Shown here: positions 54,778-64,000 of the stretch, piece by piece | How positions within the stretch are numbered: the first letter of the stretch is position 1 | How the letters are laid out: each line of letters opens with the position of its first letter | Source: Macrostomum lignano | Lineage: Eukaryota | Direction: 5' to 3' | Assembly: GCA_002269645.1 (NCBI GenBank) | Contig: NIVC01000731.1 | Coordinates: 186,001 to 250,000, forward strand | DNA: 64,000 nt | Notes under the pieces: generated by a model | Database searches by the model: none | What the model was told of the DNA's origin: nothing | What the model saw: the letters and a program-made list of their open reading frames with translations, nothing else | Translations under genes and position numbers: made by a program

Positions 54778-56034
54778 CTGCTCACAAAGAAGGATTGATT
54801 CGACTGCTGCTGGCAGCTGTCGAGCTGAGATGAGGCGTCGCCCGTCTAGGAGGAGTTCAGCTCCCGCCTCAGGCCGGGCCTTATTAAGCGTATCTTGGGT
54901 TGCCGGCAGCCCACAGCCAACCAGAGCCGGCATCCCAGCATCCCCGCCTGCCCCCCAGTGCCTCCTTCCATTGTGCCCCAAACTCTGCATTGCAATTCGC
55001 ATTGCAAGCCGCAGCGGCCGCGACCTGTGCTGGCTGGGGGTGGGCGAGGCAGCTAGTGAAACTCCTTCCAGCTTCTCTACCTCATCTGTCTGCGTGTTTT
55101 TTCTCCGCTCCCTCCCCCCCCCACCCACCCAAGAGCTGGTGCAGTGCGACTTCCGCAGACATCTGGACTGGATAGAATCCGGACCGACAGGCTCCGAGGC
55201 TGACGGCAAGAATTCTTGTACATTTTTGTGCATCAGAAATCAGCTTAGCAAAGTCTGCAAAATGCGGTTCGGCTCCGCGCAGGGAACCGCTGAACAGGGG
55301 AGGACAAAGGGGTCCGCTGCCTCCCCCCCAGGGAAAATGGGAGGTCAACAAGTTGACATATTGCCGTCAAGCTGGACTCATGCCCCCCCCCCTGGCAAAT
55401 CAGTTGTTTGGCGGTGCCCGGGTCCATGCCACTTTCAAGTTAACGTTATACAGGTTTCTAGTCCAGATGTTCATTCCCGCTAGAAATCCCTGGCTGTCCC
55501 GCGCAATTTGTAGGAGATGTAGGCGAGGGATTTCTATTTGGAGGGCTGACGCGAGGTCCGCAACTGCATGGTGGAGCAGGGGACGCAGTTTAGTTGAATT
55601 CCCTGCAGCCAGAGTTGGCGGTCCGCGGCCCGCTCCTCACACTCACTCAGCCTCTCTTCCGTTCTTCATCGATAGACTCACAGGCGCCGACAAGGTGAGT
55701 TGCCGCCTTGCTGAGGAGGATTGCCCGCAGAGCAAAAGCAAGTCAGCCTAATAGCATCGCGATTTCCTATCTCTTTGGGTAGGACAAAATCCCACTGGCT
55801 TGCCAACTGGCAATGGCATTTTTAATGCATTTTATACGGCCGCGGCGATTGTAAATTTTTAACTTGGGTCCTCAGAATTTGATCCAGACGGCGGACAGTC
55901 ATAAATCCCGGATTATCACTTTACTGCGGAGCCACCTTTGACGTCGGCGCGATGCACAATTTCTCAATGCAGCGTCCACCCTGTGCAGTTTGATTCATTC
56001 CGGAAAATTCTCAGAAAATCCGGCACTTTGCAGA

Positions 56035-56865
56035 ATCTAGCAGATTTCTAGCAGATTTCTAGCAGATTTCTAGCAGATTTCTAGCAGATTTCTAGCAGAT
56101 TTCTAGCAGATTTCTAGCAGATTTCTAGCAGATTTCTAGCAGATTTCTTGCAGATTTCTAGCAGATTTCTAGCAGATTTCTAGCAGATTTCTAGCAGATT
56201 TCTAGCAGATTTCTAGCAGATTTCTAGCAGATCTCTAGCAGATCTCTAGCAGTTTCTAGCAGATTTCTAGCAGATTTCTACCACATTCTAGCAGATTTCT
56301 ACCACATTCTAGCAGATTTCTCACAGAACCCAGCAGATTTCTCACAGAATCTATAGCAGATTTCTCACAGAATCTATAGCAGATTTCTCACAATCTATAG
56401 CAAATTTCTCACAATCTATAGAAGATTTCTCACAATCTATAGAAGATTTCTCACAATCTATCGCAGATTTCTCACAATCTATAGCAGATTTCTCACAGAA
56501 TCTATAGCAGATTTCTCACAGAATCTATAGCAGATTTCTCACAGAATCTATAGCAGATTTCTCACAGAATCTATAGCAGATTTCTCACAGAATCTATAGC
56601 AGATTTCTCACAGAATCTATAGCAGATTTCCCACAGAATCTATAGCAGATTTCTCACAGAATCTATAGCAGATTTCTCACAGAATCTATAGCAGATTTCT
56701 CACAGAATCTATAGCAGATTTCTCACAGAATCTATAGCAGATTTCTCACAGAATGTATAGCAGATTTCTCACAGAATCTATAGCAGATTTCTCACAGAAT
56801 CTATAGCAGATTTCTCACAGAATCTATAGCAGATTTCTCACAGAATCTATAGCAGGTTTCTCACA
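56035..56865. repeat. Compound array: 11 bp (ctagcagattt) changing into 23 bp (ctcacagaatctatagcagattt)
   Basis: Direct reading. Confidence 0.96.
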
Positions 56866-57448
56866 GTCTCTTTATGGTCAATAATTCCTGAACTGCATAG
56901 CAAATTTCTAAAAGATTTCCATCCGGCAGGAGTTAACTGCAGATTTCAAATCTCTCAGGTGCAAGTGACAAGCACAAAAAGTTGCCAAAGCTCAGCACCG
57001 CCCACGCACAGCCGCTACCAGCTTTGGCCTCCCGTGCTCATAAAACTTCTCAAAAATGCAGCGGTTGCACCGCGCCTGTCGGACCAAATTTGGTGATAAT
57101 TTTTTTGCTTTTCCCGCATATCTCCACTCATATCAATAGCCTAAAAAGTCGTGTTCACGCCCACAGAAAAAAGCAACTTGCCGGCGTTTGCAGCGCGTAT
57201 TAAACTGTCGGAGAGCAGTTGAATCTCTTGGCGCATTTTGGATTCTTATTGGGTTCGATTCCGCGAACGGCTTGTCGTGCGATGCCCCCAGTCCACGAGG
57301 GCCAACCGCCTGGGCCCAGATCGCTGTAAGCACTGCCTGAAGAGGGAGCACGATAATTTACCGCAGGAAGTTTTCCCGCCGAGGTTTTCCCACAAGGTTC
57401 TCCCGTCGGAGAGAATTTCAAGTTAACTCCAGTCTATAGACAATGCTG

Positions 57449-57803
57449 GACTAGATTAAAAACTAGACTAGATTAAAAACTAGACTAGATTAAAAACTAG
57501 ACTAGATTAAAAACTAGACTAGATTAAAAACTAGACTAGATTAAAAACTAGACTAGATTAAAAACTAGACTAGATTAAAAACTAGACTAGATTAAAAACT
57601 AGACTAGATTAAAAACTAGACTAGATTAAAAACTAGACTAGATTAAAAACTAGACTAGATTAAAAACTAGACTAGATTAAAAACTAGACCAGATTAAAAA
57701 CTAGACTAGATTAAAAACTAGACTAGATTAAAAACTAGACTAGATTAAAAACTAGACTAGATTAAAAACTAGACTAGATTAAAAACTAGACTAGATTAAA
57801 AAC
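57449..57803. repeat. 17 bp near-perfect repeat (gactagattaaaaacta)
   Basis: About 21 copies. Confidence 0.97.
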
Positions 57804-58232
57804 GAGTACAGAGTCCCCTGCTGGGGATCATCTGTCTAAAGCTCCCCGGCCCTGCAAGCTGTCAAGCAGATCAAGCCTTCGCATCTGTTGTCAACCTTTG
57901 AAAATCAACCGGCTGAGGTTCGAACCCATCAATGCAACCCATTTTTTATTAGAGGCAGGGGGTTGTGTGCACCCTGGCGCACTTTAAGCGACATAGGCAC
58001 ACAACCGGCGAGAGGCATTATTGCCCATTCCGCCGACTCCCCTGAGCAGGCACACAAGCGCGCGGATACGTACGCAGGCACACACTCACACAGGAGTGTA
58101 CAGCGGCCCTAACTTTATATTATCGTTAGGCATGTACAAATTCACTGCGCCTTGGGGGGTTGGCTCTCAAAGCCGTTAATTGCACGAGCAGAGCCAAGCC
58201 GAGATTCCAATTCAGCCCCAAATTAATGTGAC

Positions 58233-58300
58233 TGCACTTGGAATCGAGCCTGGGTCGCTGGCACACCAGAGCAGCTGCGCTACCGCTGGGCTACGGCCCC
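58233..58300 (-). mobile_element. tRNA-like Pol III head (SINE head or tRNA pseudogene)
   Basis: Minus strand GGGGCCGTAGCCCAGCGGTAGCGC...CCAGGCTCGATTCC: A box TAGCCCAGCGG, B box GGCTCGATTCC; the acceptor stem does not close. Confidence 0.55.
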
Positions 58301-59002
58301 CTAAATGCAACCCATCAATCCCTTTTCCTCTGCTTTCAAATTCAAAACTTCCAAAGAGAATTCTGCTTGTCAAAGCAGCAGTAGCTGAGGAACTGCTGCC
58401 TGGCAGTCCTTTGTTCTTGAAACCATTGTTACTGACAGTGGAATAGCGGAGCTGCGTGATGAATGCGGATTTCTCGGATTTGGTTGAGTAGTCTGGGCGA
58501 GGGCTCGGGCAGATGGGGGATTGAGAGGCTTCCAATAAATAACTTCCCAACATCCCATTCCACTGCTGCACTCTTGATGCAAGAACTGCAGGGCCACAGG
58601 CCCCCCCTGTCCAAATTAACTATTCATGACGGCAGTCGCCATGAAAGTCGGTCACGCTTAGAAAGTAGCCGAGAGAGTCATCTTGGGAGGGTCAGTCGGT
58701 GCTGCGAGCCTTGTGCATGGACATTACTACAGCCATGAGAGGGTAAATTGCAAAATAAAAAATGTTTGGGATTAAGGCAGGTCAGCTGATTTGCATTTCA
58801 TACTCAGAAAGCAAGACAAAATCGAAAGTCAAAAAGTTCAAAAAGCCTACAATCTAGAATAAATTCTTTCTGAGTAAGCATAGAAAAAACCTACTTTACT
58901 ACTTGCCGCAGTAGAATATTGCGTATTTCGCAGGTCTGCAAAAAATTCATTTGTGAACGTCCGGAAAGCCAGTGAGTTAGATAAGGGTTACATGTAGGAT
59001 TA

Positions 59003-59220
59003 GGTTAGGGTTAGGGTTCCGGTTAGGGTTAGGGTTCCGGTTAGGGTTAGGGTTCCGGTTAGGGTTAGGGTTCCGGTTAGGGTTAGGGTTCCGGTTAGGG
59101 TTAGGGTTCCGGTTAGGGTTAGGGTTCCGGTTAGGGTTAGGGTTCCGGTTAGGGTTAGGGTTCCGGTTAGGGTTAGGGTTCCGGTTAGGGTTAGGGTTCC
59201 GGTTAGGGTTAGGGTTAGGG
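59003..59220 (+). repeat. Interstitial telomere-like array: 11 x GGTTAGGGTTAGGGTTCC plus (TTAGGG)3
   Basis: Direct reading; the 18-mer is TTAGGG-TTAGGG-TTCCGG in register. Confidence 0.95.
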
Positions 59221-59928
59221 TCGGCAGTCTAATGTCGCCCCAATGTTGGACCCTCAGTCTCGCTCAGTCCACTTGTTCTGTCACTTCTGCTCTGACTTCA
59301 GCAATCAACTGAGCTTTTTCTTAGAAGCCCCGTCGTCACAGGTGACCTGGAGTCATTTGGTTCTTCAGTGTGTTTACTGAGTACCGATAATTACTCTCTC
59401 CTCTATCTGTCTCTTCTCCCGCTGCACACTGCTATTCAAGCTATACTAACGGATATGCGAATGCCAAACAGAAGTGTCACAGTGTGATGCTGGGGACAGT
59501 GCCGCGGTGGGCTGCAGAGCCATGGTAATAAATTTTCTCATCTAGGAATTCGAAGCCCCTCTTTCACAATCGTCACACATTTCAGTAAATTTACAGAGGC
59601 CGCCCCAAGGGCATACATGTAGCAATATGGTGAAATTTAGGCGCCGGCGTTGCGAGATAAGTTCGCACAGCAGCTGCCGTTGCAAGAACTGCATGCGGTT
59701 CGGATGAAGCTTTTTGCTTCTCTTAGCCTGCGAACAAATTTCGGGCTCATAAATTGCACTGACCAAAGCTGCGATCATAAATATGAAGCCTGCCGCTGGC
59801 GCCTCTGCATGCGTAGCATTTTTTTAGATTTATCGGTCAGATGAAACACTTGACCGTCCAGGCATAAAACACTGAAGCCTGGCCTTCCTGCTAACCCCCA
59901 GTCACCTCTTGTTGCTAATATTGCTGCC

Positions 59929-61461
59929 ATGATTGACCTGCAGGCTACTTTCAAGGACATCGGCGGCTTCGGCCTCTACCAGGTTATCGTCTGTATCGTC
60001 GGCTGCTTCACATTGATCTCCAGCGGGATGATCATCGCTGGTGGAGCTTTCCACAACCTCATGACCTGCAGCGCCAACGCGACTGCGAAAGACATTGTCG
60101 CCGCGGCCAACAGCAGCCAGCACGGCTTCACGACGTCCGTCAGCGCCGAGTACGGTCTCTGTGACAGTCAGGCTTCTCTCGGAGAGTTGTCCGCCGTCTT
60201 TCTGCTCGCCGGCTGCATCCCCGGCTCGTTGATGGCCGGTCCAGCAGCAGACAGCATCGGGCGAATTCCCGGACTGCTGATCGGCCTTTTGTGCACTCTG
60301 GCCACCAATCTGCTGGCCGCGCTAGCGCCGCAGTTCTGGCTGCATCTGGCCAGCCGTCTTGTCTGCGGATTCTTCGTCAGCTGCACTCTCGGCTCAGTGT
60401 TTGTGTACGGCAACGAAGTGCTGCTGACGGAGCACCGGGGCAGATTCGTCAAGACGTACAACCTAGGTGCAGCCGTGGGTGGCATTCTCCTAGCTATCCT
60501 GGCCTTCGTCCTTCGAGACTACAAGTGGCTGATGATCACAAATAATTTTTTTATTGTTCCACCAGTCATTGTGGCCGCCCTTCTGCCCGAGAGTCCGTCC
60601 TGGCTGCTCTCGCAAAGAACGAAATCCGTCAAGAAGGTGAGGCGAGCGCTGCAGAAGATTGCATGGATCAACAGGCGCCCATTGCCAGAGAGTGTTCTCA
60701 GTCTGAGCTTGGGTGGTCAAGGTGAGGAGTCGCTGCAGCTCGAAGAGAACGGAGAGCTTCTCGACACTCAGCAAGCCAAAGACCACAGGAGGCCTCGCTC
60801 GATACTGCGAGGGTCGCTCTGCACTGCCATCAAGAAACTGCTATCAGATAGGGTGTCGGTATTCCGCCTGCTATCCACTTGCCTGTACAGTTTCAGCAGC
60901 GGCTTCGCCTACTATGGTTTCACGTTCGTGATCACCCACGCCGTACCGAACATCTATATCACCTTCGCTCTCATGGCAGCTGTGGAGCCACCATCTCTGC
61001 TTCTCCTGAATACATTCAGTCGGGGCCGCACTCTGTTCGTTAGCGCGCTGGTCACCGTCGGCTGTTGTTTCTCCATCGGCATCATCTTCGCCACAGTGCC
61101 GGCGGCAGAAGACGGACAGCTCAGCATGATTGTCATCGTTCTTTTGGTGTGCCTGGCCGTGAGCGGCAAGTTCTTCTCGAACATCGCCTTCTGTGCCATC
61201 ATGGCGGTCGGGGCAGAGATCTACCCGACAGCGGTACGCAACACGGGACTCGGGCTGCTGATGGCCACCCTGCGGACCGGCTGCATGCTGTCGCCGCTGG
61301 TGAACTTCATCCCCTACATGCCGGCCAGGTTCGCCACCCTCGGTCTCGCCTGTCTCGTTGCCGCCTTTCCGACCCGCAGTCTTCCGGACACTCGCATCCA
61401 AGACCTGACCGAGACAGTGCCGACCGATGGGCCACGGCCGCCGCCGCCGTCCTCTGCTTGA
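59929..61461 (+). CDS. SLC22/organic cation transporter-like MFS protein, intronless, 510 aa
   Basis: DIGGFGLYQ N-terminal motif, SAEYGLC loop end, GPAADSIGR (MFS motif A), EVLLTEHRG, LPESPSWL, EIYPTAVRNTGLG, LPDTR; multiple hydrophobic helices. Confidence 0.93.
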   Translation: MIDLQATFKDIGGFGLYQVIVCIVGCFTLISSGMIIAGGAFHNLMTCSANATAKDIVAAANSSQHGFTTSVSAEYGLCDSQASLGELSAVFLLAGCIPGSLMAGPAADSIGRIPGLLIGLLCTLATNLLAALAPQFWLHLASRLVCGFFVSCTLGSVFVYGNEVLLTEHRGRFVKTYNLGAAVGGILLAILAFVLRDYKWLMITNNFFIVPPVIVAALLPESPSWLLSQRTKSVKKVRRALQKIAWINRRPLPESVLSLSLGGQGEESLQLEENGELLDTQQAKDHRRPRSILRGSLCTAIKKLLSDRVSVFRLLSTCLYSFSSGFAYYGFTFVITHAVPNIYITFALMAAVEPPSLLLLNTFSRGRTLFVSALVTVGCCFSIGIIFATVPAAEDGQLSMIVIVLLVCLAVSGKFFSNIAFCAIMAVGAEIYPTAVRNTGLGLLMATLRTGCMLSPLVNFIPYMPARFATLGLACLVAAFPTRSLPDTRIQDLTETVPTDGPRPPPPSSA

Positions 61462-62389
61462 ATTTTGAAGTTGAGCCAAACCAGAAGGCTGAGAATGAAT
61501 TTTATAAGAGCTCAGATACTCAAGTGAACCACTGTGGTTTTAACATTAAGTTGATAGACTTTAATGCTCACTCAGTAAGCTGAAGTACTTCAAAATCAGG
61601 TCTTATGGAAAGTATTTCTGGTTTAGCTGAAGGCTCAGAAAAACGGGATAGATAGCTTAGGAACAAAATTTGAGTTCTGGTACTAGTTAATTTTTTGTCA
61701 CAATTGCTCACTTCCTACTCTGCACTATCTATACCCGTACCACTTCCTGCTCATCCTCGATTGCTTATGCAGTCGCAACTCGTTCGCTTAGGCTCCTCGA
61801 GCAAAGTGTCCATGATGGGCACTCGGGCACCGAGGCACCGAACTTGATGACAGTCTTGCTGGCTGGTTTAAACATTTTTATCGTTTTTTGTCATGGCGTG
61901 TCGTTATCATCATCTTAAATTTTGGCCTCCTGAATTCGGACCCCGGATGCCAATTTGGCACCCTACTTTTCCAGACTATGTGCTGCTGGATTTAATTTAA
62001 GTTCCAATTTTCTTAAATTCACATATCATTCGAAGTATCAATAAATGATTATTGAGTGTTCAAGAATTCTATTAATTTGAGTAATCTGTAGATATGAAGT
62101 CTGCAGACTTCTGCGACATCGGCAGATTAAGAGAGGCTCATCATTATTAATTGATTTTGATTTTTTCGACTGATGCCAGCTAGCATCCGGGATTTCAATT
62201 TGGCATCCTGAGTTTGGACCCGGTTTTTCAATTTCTGGCAGCCTTGCCTTCGGCTCCCGAACCATTACCACCATTGTGGTACCGCCGTTGTCATCTCCCG
62301 GGTTAACCGGTGGGCGATATTCAAGCACGAGAGATGTGAGCTAATTGTCCCCCTGTCACGCACTGCTGTTCCCTACAGGCCCTCGCCCA

Positions 62390-62850
62390 CCCTGCTTGGA
62401 TGTGACAGTAAATCGGTCATATGGCTGTTTTGCTACCTCTAGGAGAAGCCGCAGTGAGAGACGCCCTTTCTGCCCCTCCGGTATGAAAATGCGGAGCACT
62501 TTATTCATGAATACCTAGTCAACCCCGTCTTCAACCCGACTGCCGGCAATCCCGCGCGGCTGTCCGCTGTCCTTCCTCCGCCCTGCGCAGGGCCCTGCTT
62601 GGACTCAACCGCAGGGACATCAGGGCGGTGACCATGGCCCTCTCGGGTCATGGCTGTTTTGCCATGCAGGCATCGTTACCTCCAGGGAAAAATCTGTAGC
62701 GTGGAATGCCCTTTCTGCCTCTCCTGTGTCGAGAATGCGGAGCACTTAATCTGTTAATGCCTCGCCTTTACTCAGGACAGAATCGCCTACCTCGGCCCAA
62801 ACCCGGACCGCCAGCGATCGTCCGCTACCTAAGGGCCACCGCGGGCGAGC
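62390..62850 (+). mobile_element. Decayed 3' end of a non-LTR retrotransposon ORF2 (LOA/R1/I-type zinc knuckle), two tandem fragments
   Basis: 62541 onward reads [41 protein letters not shown], (4-nt insertion), [42 protein letters not shown], i.e. L(T/S)GH followed by CX2CX8HX4C. An older homologous copy lies at 62390-62515. Confidence 0.8.
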
Positions 62851-63547
62851 GACCATCCACCTCCTGGACTCTCCGGAGGGGGACCGCGCTGCGGACACCG
62901 GCACCACCGGAACTCCCTGCGCGACACCGCAGCACCAGCTGCCCGTGGTCGCCAGGGGTTAGCAAACTGGGCGGAAACGCCTCCTCACTGCATCCGGATG
63001 CAGCTGAGTCAAGTAAGCCCGTCTTTAACCAGGACGAGCCAGCTTGTCCGTTACCCACTCAGAAGGACTGCAGTTATGGGAGGGCACACAAGCTGACCCG
63101 ACGACGAATAATGAGCGTGTCTGTATTTTTCAGTGGCGAGCTGGTCCTTGAGCTCGCTGCCCAGGATGCCATCGAGGCCATACGTCTAGTCAATTTTGAC
63201 CGTAATGTTCTGCAGGCTTTTTTTAAAACAGACCGACTTGGTTGGGAGTTTTTTAACAGCGACAGAGCAAGCGACAGAATATAATGAGCTGTTTGCCGTA
63301 GACAATAGATAAGAAAACCCAACTTAATTGCGGTAATTTGAATAAAGTAGGTCAGAACAGCCTTTATCAGAATCAGATAAGGTCCCTAATAAGTACCAAT
63401 ACCACCTAATATATAAGTACGAGCTAAGTCAGCTGGTCCTAGGAGGTTGCACACACAGAGGGTTGAAGGTGAAATAATTTAAAGGAGTGCAGTGTACTAC
63501 TTCGCTGTGCGATTAAGGCCAATTAGGAGAGGGGTGCGCCTGGGACA

Positions 63548-63842
63548 TAATAAAACTTGATTACACCATCCCCAATCGGGCCAGATGTGGAACCGACAGC
63601 TCAGCCACAGCTATTGCGCGGCGCATCTCTGAGGCCTGCGTACGGCTGGGGGGTCGCCATTTACACACCCTCAATTACCCCAGCTAATACTGTTACCCAT
63701 TTTACAGCTGGGTGAAATGATGTAATGCAGAGTTAAGTGTCTTGCTCAAGGACACAAATTGTTTCGAGTGGGTTAAGGATCGAAACCCCGACCTTTCAGT
63801 CGTGAGTCCGAATGTCCGATGCTCTAACCACTAAGCTATACA
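63548..63842 (-). mobile_element. tRNA-derived SINE with a CORE/Meta-like central domain
   Basis: Minus strand: A box TAGCTTAGTGG (63838-63828), B box GGTTTCGATCC (63787-63777), central GTGTCCTTGAGCAAGACACTTAAC...CACCCAGCTGTAAAATGGGTA; the 3' tail is shared with 11095-11166. Confidence 0.8.
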
Positions 63843-64000
63843 AGTTCAACCCCCAGGAACGGCAGAGATTTAGATAGCAGACTGAGAGATAAAGGCCTGT
63901 GTTCACATTAACGCTATAGTTAGCTCCGGGGTCGAATATTGCTCAAATTAATATTAAAATTGGTCTGATTGATATGAGCAATCTTTGACCCACGGAGCTA

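Overview
Eukaryotic (metazoan) genomic DNA with GC3-rich exons and GT-AG introns. Roughly 30% of the window (about 20 kb, hand estimate) is micro/minisatellite, in about 40 mostly unrelated arrays. This style fits a free-living flatworm such as Macrostomum (inference, not demonstrated). Gene content: 5' part of an NPY/sNPF/PrRP-type GPCR (minus, runs off the window start); a 3-exon orphan gene; a 942-aa Q-rich ORF; a shortened CEP135/TSGA10-like coiled-coil gene; a low-complexity multi-exon gene; an ARHGAP11-like RhoGAP; a tandem cluster of four SSAT-like GNAT acetyltransferase genes; a coding exon pair of an unknown minus-strand gene; and an intronless SLC22-like transporter. Mobile DNA: one TIR MITE, tRNA-derived SINEs, a decayed LINE 3' end and a telomere-like array. 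The main candidate for an undescribed system is the GNAT cluster (37.6-50.9 kb). Each gene fuses an SSAT-like domain to a degenerate second SSAT-like domain. All four are cut by a phase-0 intron inside acetyl-CoA motif A. The first exons are highly divergent, while exon 2 is 99.5% identical between two copies over a tract that barely extends beyond the exon. Most long ORFs in the supplied track are repeat artefacts. All exon models and alignments were made by eye.
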